Shown here piece by piece: positions 47,697 through 58,702 of a stretch of 64,000 nt of DNA. A program made the position numbers and the translations under genes. Numbering within the stretch: position 1 is the stretch's first letter; the number at the start of each line of letters is the position of its first letter. The DNA is from an uncultured Acidobacteriota bacterium (lineage in GTDB: Bacteria; Acidobacteriota; Vicinamibacteria; Vicinamibacterales; 2-12-FULL-66-21). The stretch is from assembly GCA_963730995.1 (NCBI GenBank), contig CAVSUB010000013.1, positions 2,173,167 through 2,237,166 on the forward strand, given 5' to 3'. The notes beneath the pieces are model-generated. The model ran no database searches, was not told the origin of the DNA, and worked only from the letters and a program-made list of their open reading frames with translations.

Positions 47697-48848
47697 GTGA
47701 AAATGACAGAGGGCGTCCAAATGAAGACATCGACCATGACCCGCGCCTGGTTTCGAGCGGTGCTCGTCGCCGCCGTCGTCGCTGCCCTGCCGAGTGTACG
47801 AGCTCAGGAACGGCCACCGCTCCGCCTTGCGATTGCGGGCCTCGTGCACGGACACGTCAGCGGCTTCCTTCGCGCCGCGCAAGGGCGAACGGACGTGCAG
47901 ATAGTGGGTGTCTTCGAGCCCGACGCGACGCTCCTGCGAAGCTATGCGGAACGCTACAAAATCCCCGATACGGCGCTCTTCACCGATCTCGGGTCGATGC
48001 TCGACACGATCAAGCCCGAGGCCGTCGCGTCGTTCACGAACACCCGCGACCATCCCTCGATCGTCGAGGCGTCGGCCAGGCGCCGCATCCACGTCATGAT
48101 GGAAAAGCCGCTTGCGGTCAACAACGCGGACGCGCAGCGGATCCGCCAGGCCGCGGCCGCCGGCGGCATTCAGGTCCTTGTCAACTACGAAACGACCTGG
48201 TACCCGAGTCATGGCGCGATGTGGACGCTCTTGAAGGAGCAAAAAGCCGGCGGCGAGATTCGCAAGATGGTGGCGATGGACGGCCACAGCGGTCCGAAGG
48301 CGATCAACGTACAGCCGGAATTCTTCGACTGGCTCTCGGATCCGGTCAGGAACGGCGCAGGCGCGTTGTTCGACTTCGGCTGCTACGGCGCCAACCTGAT
48401 GACGTGGATGATGGACAATCAGCGTCCGCTCGCCGTCACCGCGATCACCCAGCAGCTTCAGCCAGACGTGTATCCGCGCGTGGATGACGAAGCCACGATC
48501 CTTCTCGAGTATCCGAAGGCGCAAGGCATCATCCAGGCGTCCTGGAACTGGCCGTTCAATCGCAAGGACTTCGAGGTCTACGGCGATCACGGCCAGGCAA
48601 TCGCGACGGGCGGCACGAGCCTTCGTGTCACGCTGCCGAAGCAGCCCGAGCAGACTGTGACGCCCGAGGCCCGTCCGCCGGACGAGCGCGATTCCATCTC
48701 GCACCTGATCGCGGTCGTGCGCGGCACGCGCAAGCCGAATGCGCTCTCGTCGCTCGAGAACAACCTGATCGCGACCGAGATCCTCGATGCAGCGAGAGAG
48801 TCGGCGCGCAGTCACGCGCGGGTGACGCTGCCGCCGGCGCGACGGTAA
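47697..48848 (+). CDS. Gfo/Idh/MocA-family NAD(P)-dependent oxidoreductase, secreted.
   Basis: A signal peptide is followed by the Rossmann N-terminus (LRLAIAGLVHGHVSGFL) and the EKP motif (MMEKPLAVN). Confidence 0.9.
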   Translation: MKMTEGVQMKTSTMTRAWFRAVLVAAVVAALPSVRAQERPPLRLAIAGLVHGHVSGFLRAAQGRTDVQIVGVFEPDATLLRSYAERYKIPDTALFTDLGSMLDTIKPEAVASFTNTRDHPSIVEASARRRIHVMMEKPLAVNNADAQRIRQAAAAGGIQVLVNYETTWYPSHGAMWTLLKEQKAGGEIRKMVAMDGHSGPKAINVQPEFFDWLSDPVRNGAGALFDFGCYGANLMTWMMDNQRPLAVTAITQQLQPDVYPRVDDEATILLEYPKAQGIIQASWNWPFNRKDFEVYGDHGQAIATGGTSLRVTLPKQPEQTVTPEARPPDERDSISHLIAVVRGTRKPNALSSLENNLIATEILDAARESARSHARVTLPPARR

Positions 48849-48931
48849 CAAGCAACCCTTTGCCTTCTACTCTCCGTCTAAGCGCACATGCCGAACGTGT
48901 GCGCAGTCACCGTCGCCGGCCGGAGGCCTCG

Positions 48932-51466
48932 ATGAGGGACCTCCAGATGGCCGTCCGTCAGCTCGCCAAGAGTCGAGGGTTCACCATCGTCGCGGTGCTT
49001 TCGCTGGCGATCGGCATCGGCGCGAACACGGCGATCTTCAGCCTGGTCAACGACTTTCTCCTGCGCTCCCTGCCGGTCAGGAGCCCGGACGAGCTCGTCC
49101 TGCTGCGGAACATCGACGGCGCGGGCGGCAGAATGTCGCGGAGTGGTGAGAACAACGGGTCGATCGATCCGGTCACTGGACGGGCGGCGAGCACGTCTTT
49201 TTCGCTCCTGAGTTTCGAGCGGATGCGCGCGCAGCGCTCGGCACTGTCGGACCTCTTTGCGTTTGCGCCCTTCTCGAGGGTCAACATTCTCGTGGACGGC
49301 CAGCCGGAAATCACCGGAACTGCGCAAATGGTCTCCGGCGGGTACCACGGGGGCCTCGGCGTGTCGGCCGCGCTCGGCCGCACGATTTCGTCCGAGGACG
49401 ATCGGACCTCCGCACCGCCGGTCGCTGTCATTTCATATCGCTACTGGGAACGCCGCTTCGAACGCCGTCCGGACGTCCTGGGCAAGATACTCGCCATCAA
49501 CCGTGTTCCGACGACGATCGTCGGCGTGACGGCGAAGGGTTTCGACGGCGCGATGCAAGCGGGCGAATCGCCTGACGTCTCGGTACCTCTCGCCCACTAT
49601 CTGCTGTTTCAACCGGACCGGACCGGACGAGCGCAGCCTTCCTACTGGTGGATTCGGGTAATGGGCCGGCTCGCGCCCGGCGCGACACCGGCGCAGGCAG
49701 CCGCATCGCTCGAGCCGCATTTCCAGCAGGCGGCGAGCGAGGGCTGGGTCGCCGGCAGGCCGGCAGGGACTCCGTCTGACGAACGGATGCCCAACCCGCC
49801 TACGCTCGTCGCGGACCCAGGTGCCCGCGGCGAGAACGATACGCGCCGTCAGTTCTCCGCCTCGTTGCGGACGCTGATGGGCCTCGTCAGCCTGTTATTG
49901 GCGGCTGCGTGCGCGAATGTCGCGAATCTGCTGCTCGCACGCGGAGCGGCGCGCCGTCGTGAAATCGCGCTTCGCCTGGCCCTGGGAGCGGGTCGCGGGC
50001 GTGTCGTTCGACAACTGCTCGCCGAGTCGCTCCTGCTCGCTGTCGCTGGCGCTGCACTCGGAATGGCCTTCGCCTGGTGGGGGCGCGATCTGCTGCTGGC
50101 ACTGCGGCCGTTCGGTAACACCACCGTCGTCCTCGACCTCCCACTCGACGGGCGCGTCCTGGCCTTCACCATCGCCGTGACGTTCGGAACGGCCCTTCTC
50201 TTCGGGCTCTCTCCCGCGCTCCGCGCCACGAGCGTCGATCTCAATTCGGAGTTCCAGAGCGGTGGGCGTACTCTTGGCAGCGGCCGGCGTTCGCGTCTCA
50301 GCCGCGGACTCATGGTCGTCCAGATTGCGCTCTCCCTGGTGCTCCTCGTCAGCACCGGTCTCTTCGTGCGCACGTTGAACAACCTGCAGCACGTGGATGC
50401 CGGGTTCAACCGTCACGGCCTGGTGCTCTTCCGCATCGACGCGTCGTCTGCCGGCTACACCCGCGATCGGTTCACGACGCTGCAGGCGCGCCTGCAGGAG
50501 AGCGTCGCAAGGCTGCCCGGGGTGCGCGCGGCCACGTTCTCGAGTACGGCGCTGCTATCGCGTGTTCGCCAGAACAAGCGGATATCGGTTCCAGGCCACA
50601 CACTTCCGTCCGCACAGCTGCCGATCGTCAACACCAACGGGCTCGCGTCGAACTTCTTCCGGGCGATGGAGCTGCCGATGGTCCTCGGGCGGGACTTCAC
50701 GGAACAGGACAACGGGACGGCGCCGAAGGTGGCGGTCGTCAATCAGGCGTTCGTGCGGATATATTTCGACGGTGAGAATCCCGTCGGGAAGCCCATCGGC
50801 ATCCCAGGCTACGCTGACCGCGTCGAGGTCATCGGAGTTGCCGGGGATGCCAAGTACACGGAGCTGCGCGGCGACGCGCCTCCCACCGTCTATCTGCCGT
50901 CGCTGCAGCAGGTGGACGGAGATGCGAGCTTCGCCGTCCGGCTCGGCGGATCGAGCCGGACTGAAGCTTCTTTCTTCTCCGCTATTCGGTCGGCGGTGCG
51001 CGAGGTGGATCCGGCGCTACCCGTGCTGAACCTGCGGACCCAGGACGAACAGATCGATCGATTGAATGGACAGGAGCTGCTGTTCGCGAAGCTCTCCGGC
51101 CTGTTCGGCGTTCTCGCTCTCCTGCTCGCATGTGTCGGGCTCTACGGGCTGATGTCACAAACGGTCTTCCGTCGAACGGGCGAGATCGGACTGCGCATGG
51201 CGCTCGGCGCGCTGCCGGGACACGTCCTGCGGATGATCCTGCGGGAATCCCTCCTGCTCGTCGGCCTCGGCATCCTGACCGGCATCGCCGCAGCGTTCAG
51301 CGCCGGACGGATCGTGGCGTCGATGCTGTTCGACCTGTCACCGGCCGACCCGCTCACCTATGGTGCCGTCGCGATCGGCCTCACGCTCATCGCCCTGCTG
51401 GCGTCGGCAGCGCCGGCGCGTCGGGCGAGCCGCATCGATCCAATCGCCGCGCTGAAGATTGAATAG
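48932..51466 (+). CDS. ADOP-family ABC-transporter permease (duplicated FtsX/MacB-like permease).
   Basis: The 844-aa product has two MacB-periplasmic-plus-FtsX halves, each ending ...LAACVGLYGLMSQTV.RRTGEIGLRMALGA.... The C-terminus reads AARRASRIDPIAALKIE. A GGAGG RBS lies 6 nt before the ATG. Confidence 0.9.
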   Translation: MRDLQMAVRQLAKSRGFTIVAVLSLAIGIGANTAIFSLVNDFLLRSLPVRSPDELVLLRNIDGAGGRMSRSGENNGSIDPVTGRAASTSFSLLSFERMRAQRSALSDLFAFAPFSRVNILVDGQPEITGTAQMVSGGYHGGLGVSAALGRTISSEDDRTSAPPVAVISYRYWERRFERRPDVLGKILAINRVPTTIVGVTAKGFDGAMQAGESPDVSVPLAHYLLFQPDRTGRAQPSYWWIRVMGRLAPGATPAQAAASLEPHFQQAASEGWVAGRPAGTPSDERMPNPPTLVADPGARGENDTRRQFSASLRTLMGLVSLLLAAACANVANLLLARGAARRREIALRLALGAGRGRVVRQLLAESLLLAVAGAALGMAFAWWGRDLLLALRPFGNTTVVLDLPLDGRVLAFTIAVTFGTALLFGLSPALRATSVDLNSEFQSGGRTLGSGRRSRLSRGLMVVQIALSLVLLVSTGLFVRTLNNLQHVDAGFNRHGLVLFRIDASSAGYTRDRFTTLQARLQESVARLPGVRAATFSSTALLSRVRQNKRISVPGHTLPSAQLPIVNTNGLASNFFRAMELPMVLGRDFTEQDNGTAPKVAVVNQAFVRIYFDGENPVGKPIGIPGYADRVEVIGVAGDAKYTELRGDAPPTVYLPSLQQVDGDASFAVRLGGSSRTEASFFSAIRSAVREVDPALPVLNLRTQDEQIDRLNGQELLFAKLSGLFGVLALLLACVGLYGLMSQTVFRRTGEIGLRMALGALPGHVLRMILRESLLLVGLGILTGIAAAFSAGRIVASMLFDLSPADPLTYGAVAIGLTLIALLASAAPARRASRIDPIAALKIE

Positions 51467-51477
51467 GGCTCATCCTC

Positions 51478-53875
51478 ATGGCCAATCTCAAATTCGCACT
51501 TCGACAGCTCATCAAGTCGCCTGGATTCGCCACTGTCGCGCTGCTCACCCTCGCTCTCGGCATCGGCGCGTGCACGGCGATGTTCAGCATCGTCGATGCG
51601 GTGCTGCTGCGGCCCTTGCCGTTCCGGGATCCTGGTCGCCTGGTGTGGATCGAAAACGAAGGCACCAGCGGGATGTCGGCACGAACGACCCGCGCTGACA
51701 CGTTCAAGGCGTGGCGTGAAGAGAACACGAGTTTCGAAACCCTGGCCGGGTACTTCGCCTTTTTCGATTTCGGCCGCCGGCAAACGCTGACCGGCTCGGG
51801 CGATCCGGAGCGGCTCCGCGACGTCGGCGTGTCCGACAACTTCCTCGACGTGCTCGGCGTGAGGCTCGCGCTAGGGCGAAACTTCACCGCGGAGGAGTGT
51901 CTTTTCAAGGCTCCTCCGGTGGCGATTCTGAGCCACTCGCTCTGGCGCCGCCGGTTTGCCAGCGACCCCGGAATCGTCGGCCGCACGCTCACTTCGAACA
52001 ACGCGCCTCTCACCATCGTCGGTGTGCTGCCGGCGGACTTCGACTTCGACGCCATCTTCTCGCCGGGGACCGAGATCGACCTGATCACGCCGTTCCCGAT
52101 CGCACCGGAGACCGCACGATGGGGCAACACGCTCTTCGCGATCGGCCGCCTGAAGCCGAACGCGACGCCTGAAAGCGCGCAGGCGGATCTCCGTCTCATC
52201 AGCCAACGATTCAAGCGGACGATCAACTATGGCGGAACGCTCGGTGCGCGCGTCAGCCGCCTCGACGATGCGTTGCGAGGGAGCTTCCGGCAGGCGTTCT
52301 ACGTACTGGCGGGTGCGGTGGCCTGCATCCTGGCAATCGCCTGCGTGAACCTGTCGAACCTGCTGCTCGCCCGAATCAACGTCCGCCGGCAGGAGTTCGC
52401 CGTGCGGGTCGCCCTCGGGGCACGCCGACGTCACTTGATCGAGCAGACGCTGGCCGAGAGCTTCCTGCTCGCCGCAGCTGGCTCGCTCATTGGCATTCCG
52501 CTGGCGATCTGGGCGACGCGCGCGCTGGCCGGCCTCCAGACGTTCGGCGTGCCGCTCCTTCAGAATGCCGCCGTCGATCCGATCGCCCTTGCGGTCACCG
52601 TCGGGCTCACCGGTACTGGCCGGTGCCGCCTGCGGCGTGCTGCCAGCGTGGCATCTGTCGCGCGGCGATCATGCCCAGCAGACGGCCACACATCAGCGAA
52701 CGGCCGGTCGCTCCTCGACTTCCGCGCGAAGCGTTTTGGTGGTCGTCGAAGTGGCACTCGCCTGCATACTGCTCGTGGGCGCCGGTCTCCTGTTCAGGAG
52801 CTTCCGATCGCTGCTCCAGGTCAATCTCGGATTCCAGCCACAGCATGCGATGTCGTGGCGCGTGGACTCGCCACGGAGCTTCGGCAGCCGCGCCGAGGCA
52901 AATGAATATCTCGACGGCGTCGTCCGGACCGTTGCCGCCCTGCCGGGAGTCGAGGCGGTGGGACTGAGCGATGTACTGCCGCTCGGCCGAAATCGGACGT
53001 GGGGTATCCGGGCGAAAGGCGTGGAGTACCCGCCAGGGCAGGGCCCGTCGGTCTTCCCGCGCATGGTCGATCAGCACTATCTGCAGGCCATGCAGATCCC
53101 GCTGCGTGCGGGCCGGTTCTTCGACGATCGCGACACCGCGACGAGCGAGAAGACCGTCATCATCAACGAGCACCTCGCGCGCGAGCTCTGGCCCGATCGT
53201 GATGCCATCGGGCAGCAGATCACCCAGAACGGCGGCTCGACGGTCATCGGCGTCGTCGCCGACGTCCGCCATGGATCGCTCGAGAAGGCGGGCGGCAACG
53301 AGATGTATCTCCACTACCGGCAGAGCGGCGACTGGCAGGGAATGGAGATGGTGGTCCGCAGCGCGCGCAGCCCGGCATCCCTCGTCGCCGATGTGCGTTC
53401 GGCGCTCGCCACGTACGATCCGAGCCTGCCAACCGGGGAGTTCTATCCCCTCGAACAGCTCATCGACAATGCCGTCGGGGCGCGTCGCCTGACGACGCAA
53501 CTGCTCGGCTTTTTCTCGGCCCTCGCGCTGACGCTCGCCGCGATTGGTCTCTACGGCGTCATCGCGCAGTCGGTGGTCCAGCGAACGCAGGAGATTGGCA
53601 TCCGGATGGCGATTGGCGCGCAACGGCAAGACGTGCTGGGCATGATTCTCGCCAGCGGACTGCGGCTGGTTTCGATTGGCGTCGCACTTGGGCTGGTCGG
53701 CGCCTTTGCGCTGACACGCGTGTTGCAAACGCTGCTGTTCGGAATCACCGCGCACGATCCGATTTCGTTTGCGGGGAACGCTTTGCTGCTCATCTCCGTG
53801 GCAACCGCGGCCTGCCTGTTCCCCGCGCTGCGGGCTACGAGGGTCAATCCCATCATCGCCCTGCGGGCGGAGTAG
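51478..53875 (+). pseudogene. Second ADOP-family permease, broken by a single-base frameshift near 52614.
   Basis: ORFs 51478..52905 and 52490..53875 are collinear with the upstream paralog. The frame changes within ...AVTVGLTG|VLAGAACGVLPAW. Removing one base from ggtactgg restores a continuous protein of about 799 aa. Confidence 0.8.
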
Positions 53876-54007
53876 CAGATCTCGATCATCGCCGCCGCTG
53901 TCTGACACCCGCCGAGATGAATGACGCGGCGCGAGTGAGCACGGCGAGCGAGCCACGCGACCGGAGCGCGCCGGCGAAGCGGCGCGTGAGAGAGCGTGTG
54001 GGGGAGT

Positions 54008-54030
54008 CCGAGGGGCGAAGCCCCTCGGTT
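54008..54030 (+). terminator. Intrinsic-terminator-like hairpin CCGAGGGGC-gaa-GCCCCTCGG followed by TT.
   Basis: A perfect 9-bp GC stem with a GAA loop lies 130 bp downstream of the ADOP stop and is followed by ttgagg. Confidence 0.45.
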
Positions 54031-54093
54031 GAGGCTAGACTCCTCTGTGATGACGCGATTCGATCGAGCTGAGGGCCGGCCACTGCGCGTGCC

Positions 54094-55008
54094 GTGCGTC
54101 GCAGCGCCGCGCTGATGTCCGGTCTGCCTCCAATCCATCGCTGGGACTCGGTTTCCCAACCGCGCGCAAGCGTGCACATCCTGCACGGCATGGCGGAGCA
54201 CGGCAGACGCTACGCGCGCCTCGCGGGCGACCTGAATCGAGCCGGCTTCGTCGTCTGGGCGCACGATCATCGCGGTCACGGAACGAATGCGACACCGCCC
54301 GTCGGTCTTGGCCATTTCGGGGACACGGACGGCTGGCGGGCGCTCGTTGGGGACGCGTGGGCGGTCTCGGAGCGCATGCGGGCGACGTTCCCCGGATTGC
54401 CGCTCGTCCTGTTCGCGCACTCGATGGGATCCTTTCTCGGGCAGACGTTGATGGCCGAGCGCGGCACTGCCTATCGGGCCGTCGTCCTGTCCGGTACGAA
54501 CGGCCCGCCCGGCATTCAGGAAGCCCTCGCGCGAGGCCTCGCGCACGCACAGTACGCCGCGCTCGGGGGCCGGCGGCCGGGCACATGGCTCGACAAGGCC
54601 GTGATGGGGACCTACAACAGACGCTTTGCCCCCAACCGCACGAAATTCGACTGGCTGTCGCGAGACGAACGCGAAGTGGACGCCTACGCGGCCGATCCTC
54701 TGTGCGGATTCACGCTCACGACGCAGTCGTGGGTCGATTTTCTCACCGCAAAGACGCTGCTCGGCGATGTCGTCCATCTGCGACGGATACCGAGGGCACT
54801 GCCCGTTCACCTGATCGCGGGTACGCGGGATCCAGTGGGCGAAGAGTCGCGGGGCGTGGAACGGCTGCTCCGCGTCTACAACGAAGCTGGCCTCGCGAGA
54901 GTCACGTGCCGGTTCTATGATGGCGCACGTCACGAGCTCGTGAACGAGACCAATCGCGATGAGGTCACACGGGATTTGATCGACGTTCTTGGACAGCTCG
55001 GGTGCTGA
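54094..55008 (+). CDS. Alpha/beta-hydrolase (lysophospholipase / monoglyceride-lipase-like, Hydrolase_4).
   Basis: The HGMAEHGRRY oxyanion region, the GHSMGS nucleophile elbow and the C-terminal catalytic His context (GARHEL) are present. Confidence 0.85.
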   Translation: MRRSAALMSGLPPIHRWDSVSQPRASVHILHGMAEHGRRYARLAGDLNRAGFVVWAHDHRGHGTNATPPVGLGHFGDTDGWRALVGDAWAVSERMRATFPGLPLVLFAHSMGSFLGQTLMAERGTAYRAVVLSGTNGPPGIQEALARGLAHAQYAALGGRRPGTWLDKAVMGTYNRRFAPNRTKFDWLSRDEREVDAYAADPLCGFTLTTQSWVDFLTAKTLLGDVVHLRRIPRALPVHLIAGTRDPVGEESRGVERLLRVYNEAGLARVTCRFYDGARHELVNETNRDEVTRDLIDVLGQLGC

Positions 55009-55075
55009 CGGCGATAGCGAGGTCGCCTGGCTCCTGACATCCTGAGCTCCTGTTCGAAGGAGTAACCTGTACCCA

Positions 55076-56167
55076 ATGCCGTCCTCATCGCAGGAACCGA
55101 AAATCAAGGCGCTCACAGCCCGCGCCGTCCGGGTACCCATGCCGCAGCCGCATCGGACGGCAAGCGGTGTCGTCTCCGAGTCTCCACTCGTGCTCACGGA
55201 CATCACGCTGGACAGCGGTGTCGTCGGCCGCAGCATCACCTTCACGTACACTCCTCTCGCACTCGGGCCAACGGCGGATCTCATCAGGAATACAGAACCG
55301 TTGCTGATGGGCAACGCTGCCGCGCCCGCGGAGATCAGCCGTGGTCTGGCGGCCCGGTTTCGGTTGCTGGGAGCGCAAGGACTCGTTGCCATGGCGCTCG
55401 CCGCAATCGACATGGCGCTGTGGGACGGCCTGGCGCGCACCCACGGTGTTTCGCTCGCCCACCTGCTCGGTGGCCTGCCGAAACCGACGCAGGCCTACGG
55501 CGCCATCGGCTACGACGGACCCGCTGAAAGCGCGAAGGTGGCCGAAGCATGGGCGCAGCGGGGCTTCCGTGGCGTGAAAGCCAAAATCGGCTACCCCACC
55601 GTCGCGGAGGATGTCTCCGTCATTCGGGCCATTCGCCGGGCTGCCGGTGAGGAGACAGCCGTGATGGTCGACTACAACCAGAGCCTGACGCCGTCGGAGG
55701 CGGTCGAGCGTCTGCGGATCCTCGATGCCGAAGGGCTCACGTGGGTCGAAGAGCCGTCACTCGCACATGACTACGCCGGCCACGCCAAGGTTGCCCGCGA
55801 GGCCAGGACTCCCATTCAGGCCGGTGAGAACTGGTGGGGCATCACGGACTTCGCACACGCCCTCGAGGCTGGCGCAACGGATTTCGTGATGGCCGACGTG
55901 ATGAAGGTCGGTGGCGTCACTGGATGGCTGGAGGCGGCGGCGCTCGCCAACGCGCACAGGATACGAATGTCGAATCACCTGTGGCCGGAAATCAGCGCGC
56001 AGCTGCTGTCGGTCACACCGACGGCGCACTGGCTGGAGTACGCGGACTGGTGGAATCCGATCCTTGCGGACCCCCTTCGCATCAAGGACGGCATGTCCGA
56101 TCCGACTGGCGTGATCGGGACCGGCACCGAGTGGAACGAAGCGGCCGTCGAGAAGTTCCTGATTTAG
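55076..56167 (+). CDS. Enolase-superfamily enzyme (mandelate racemase/muconate lactonizing enzyme family; probably an acid-sugar dehydratase).
   Basis: The MR/MLE N- and C-domains are present with KxK (GVKAKIG) and metal-ligand Asp/Glu context (MVDYNQS...WVEEP...ADVMKVGGV). Confidence 0.9.
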   Translation: MPSSSQEPKIKALTARAVRVPMPQPHRTASGVVSESPLVLTDITLDSGVVGRSITFTYTPLALGPTADLIRNTEPLLMGNAAAPAEISRGLAARFRLLGAQGLVAMALAAIDMALWDGLARTHGVSLAHLLGGLPKPTQAYGAIGYDGPAESAKVAEAWAQRGFRGVKAKIGYPTVAEDVSVIRAIRRAAGEETAVMVDYNQSLTPSEAVERLRILDAEGLTWVEEPSLAHDYAGHAKVAREARTPIQAGENWWGITDFAHALEAGATDFVMADVMKVGGVTGWLEAAALANAHRIRMSNHLWPEISAQLLSVTPTAHWLEYADWWNPILADPLRIKDGMSDPTGVIGTGTEWNEAAVEKFLI

Positions 56168-56235
56168 GCTTCTCCGTTTCGCCTCCGTTGGCCCCGTTCC
56201 TCCGTTTGTGAGCGTCTCCGTGAACTCCGCAATCT

Positions 56236-57162
56236 CTACTTGCACATCGCAGGATTCGACTTGACGAAGTAGCTCTTGTAGCTCTTCGCTTTCGGATCCA
56301 TGCATCCCTCGAGGTTGAGGAGCTCGACCTTCCGGAAGTCGATCGGCGCCGTCTCGGCCTGCAGCGAAATGTATCCTCCCGTCAGCGGCGTGCCGTCGAT
56401 CTTGACGGCGGGATCCGTCGGGCTCGCCTGGCCGCCGCCGATCTGCGGCTTGGAGTACTCGAGAACCGTCTCTCCCTCGACCATGTGGCGGACGAGCTCG
56501 TCGCCGTGGACGAGGACCTCGACCCGCACCCACTGGTCGCCGTCGTACGTCTTCGACTTCGAGTTCGTACAATGCGCAGTTCGAAGCTCGCCGTTCATGA
56601 CGACGTTTGTACCCGGTGTGCAGAGATTCGCGGTGCTCCGAGGCTTGCCGTCGCTCAGTCCTCCGAGCAGCTGCACCTCGATCGAGATCGGAAAATCCTG
56701 ATCCTTCAGCATCGTCTTCGGCGGCGGCGACAGGATCATGAGCCCGTTGTTTCGAAGGGCCCAGGCGAGATCGGTCCGCGACGTCGGCACCTGTTGACCG
56801 ACGAACCGGTACTCGGCGGCCAGGAGGTAATACGAGAACGGGTCCTTGTAAAACAGGTGTCCGAACTCGTCGGTGAAGGAGGGCCATTTGTCGTACCGGA
56901 CTTCCAGCATCCCGTTCTCGACGCGGAACGTATCGCGGAAATTCTCGCCAAGCTCGTGGTGCGCGAACTTCGGCGTCCAGCCCGTCAAATCCTTCCCATT
57001 GAACAGTTGAATCCAGTCCTTCGCGTCGGCTTTGGGGATCGTTACCGGAGCTTGCCCGGCGTCGCGGGCCGAAACGCCGAAAACGGCACATGCGACGAGC
57101 ATCAACAGCGCTGCGATTCGCTGGAGCGGAGCGGCCGGGCGTCGAGGGGTGGAGATTGACAT
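56236..57162 (-). CDS. Secreted DUF1080 (3-keto-disaccharide hydrolase / LamG-like) domain protein.
   Basis: A signal peptide is followed by the DUF1080 hallmark (WIQLFNGKDLTGWTP...FRVENGMLEV...GGYISLQAE). Confidence 0.8.
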   Translation of the reverse strand: MSISTPRRPAAPLQRIAALLMLVACAVFGVSARDAGQAPVTIPKADAKDWIQLFNGKDLTGWTPKFAHHELGENFRDTFRVENGMLEVRYDKWPSFTDEFGHLFYKDPFSYYLLAAEYRFVGQQVPTSRTDLAWALRNNGLMILSPPPKTMLKDQDFPISIEVQLLGGLSDGKPRSTANLCTPGTNVVMNGELRTAHCTNSKSKTYDGDQWVRVEVLVHGDELVRHMVEGETVLEYSKPQIGGGQASPTDPAVKIDGTPLTGGYISLQAETAPIDFRKVELLNLEGCMDPKAKSYKSYFVKSNPAMCK

Positions 57163-57201
57163 GGGCGGATGATACCCCAGCCTTCCTGGGCCCAGAGCCG
57201 A

Positions 57202-58548
57202 CTAGAGTTTTTGCCGGCAGGCTTCCACGAACCTCGTCGCGAATGCCGGACACGACCGGAAGTGCAGGTGCACGTAGCTCCCCAGCACCGACCGCACTCG
57301 ATAACCCTCTGCGGGATCTCGATACACCCGTTGGATCGTGGCCGGCATGGGGTCGATCGTCGAATACCGGAACTCATGCCCACGCGCCCACTCACCACTC
57401 TTTAGCCAGGGCTCGCCTGCCTGGGTCTCGACCTGGACGTAACCGAGCTTGGCCAACCGTTTCTGCATGCGGGCACTCGTGGGAAAGAGACCCGCCATCG
57501 GCCAACGTCGTCCGTCGACGTCGACGATCGCCTCCGTCAAGTACATGAAACCGCCGCACTCGGCGTAGACAGGTGCATCGCCGGCCGCAAATTCCCGGAG
57601 GGCAGCCTGCATCGACGTGTTCGCCGACAATGCGGGCGCGTGCAGCTCCGGGTATCCGCCGCCAAGATAGATCCCATCCACTTCCGGCGGTAGCGCACGA
57701 TCCGCGATTGGACTGAATTCGACGAGCTCCGCACCCAACCCGCGCAACAAACTGAGGTTGTCCTCGTAGTAGAAGCAGAAGGCGGCGTCGCGGGCGATGC
57801 CGATGCGCGCGCGACTTGGCGAGGTGATCGGCGCCCTCACCGGTTGAACGGCAGGCGCAGAGCGCTCGGCGGTCAACCGCAACAGGCGCTCGAGATCCAG
57901 ATGTGGCTCGATCCAGTCGGCAAGCTGGATGACCCGTTCGGCGGTCCACGCTTCGTCGGCGAGATGCAGGCCGAGATGGCGCTCTGGAACGGCGAACCCA
58001 GGATCCCTTGGAAGGTATCCGATCGGCACGGGACGGCATCGCGCCGTGATGGCTTCCCGCAACAGCTCGTAGTGCCTGACGCTTGCCACTCTGTTGCACA
58101 CCACGGCGGCCAGCGGAAGGTCCGGGATCAGCGTGTCGAAGCCGTGAACCACGGCGGCTGCGCTTCCGGCGATCGCCGCGCCATCGAGCACGAGCACGAC
58201 AGGAGCGTCCAGCCAGAGCGCCATTTCGGCGGTCGTGCCTGACAGTGACGACGGCTGCTTGCCATCGAAGAGACCCATGACGCCTTCGACGACAGCGACA
58301 TCCGCGTCGGCGGTCGCGCCGTTGAAAATCTCGAGGTTGGCTTCGCGCGAAAGGATCCATCCATCCAGGTTGTGGCTGGGTCTCGACGTCGCAGCGCGGT
58401 GGAACGTCGGATCGATGAAGTCCGGGCCGACCTTGAACGCCTGAACGCGACGACCGCGCCGATGGAGGGCGGCCATGATGCCCGTGGCTACGGTCGTCTT
58501 CCCCACTCCGCTGTGGGTTCCTGCGATCACGACCCGAGGGGTGCTCAT
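57202..58548 (-). CDS. cbiA: Cobyrinate a,c-diamide synthase (CobB/CbiA).
   Basis: The N-terminal CobQ/CobB/MinD/ParA-type ATPase (VVIAGTHSGVGKTTVATGIMAAL) and the C-terminal glutamine-amidotransferase domain with its active Cys (AECGGFMYL) are present. Confidence 0.9.
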   Translation of the reverse strand: MSTPRVVIAGTHSGVGKTTVATGIMAALHRRGRRVQAFKVGPDFIDPTFHRAATSRPSHNLDGWILSREANLEIFNGATADADVAVVEGVMGLFDGKQPSSLSGTTAEMALWLDAPVVLVLDGAAIAGSAAAVVHGFDTLIPDLPLAAVVCNRVASVRHYELLREAITARCRPVPIGYLPRDPGFAVPERHLGLHLADEAWTAERVIQLADWIEPHLDLERLLRLTAERSAPAVQPVRAPITSPSRARIGIARDAAFCFYYEDNLSLLRGLGAELVEFSPIADRALPPEVDGIYLGGGYPELHAPALSANTSMQAALREFAAGDAPVYAECGGFMYLTEAIVDVDGRRWPMAGLFPTSARMQKRLAKLGYVQVETQAGEPWLKSGEWARGHEFRYSTIDPMPATIQRVYRDPAEGYRVRSVLGSYVHLHFRSCPAFATRFVEACRQKL

Positions 58549-58702
58549 CGGCAGATAACGACTCTCGACAATCTTAGTCCCTGCGAAGTTCGCTGACGCG
58601 GAGGACGGACCTTGAGAGTCTGTGAAAACATCGAGCGTCTGTGCCCCCAAGTCACGCGACGCGGAGGGGAAACTGCTGCGCTACTTGACACGAGATCAGA
58701 AG

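Noticed and set aside
58549-58702. Possible cobalamin riboswitch in the 150-nt leader of cbiA.
   Set aside because: I see no B12-box (GCCACTG) or GGTGAAA-TCC core on the cbiA (minus) strand. Similar-looking fragments such as GTGAAAACATCG and TGCCCCCAAGTCAC are on the wrong strand and out of order. The leader should be run through Infernal/Rfam RF00174 before excluding a riboswitch completely.
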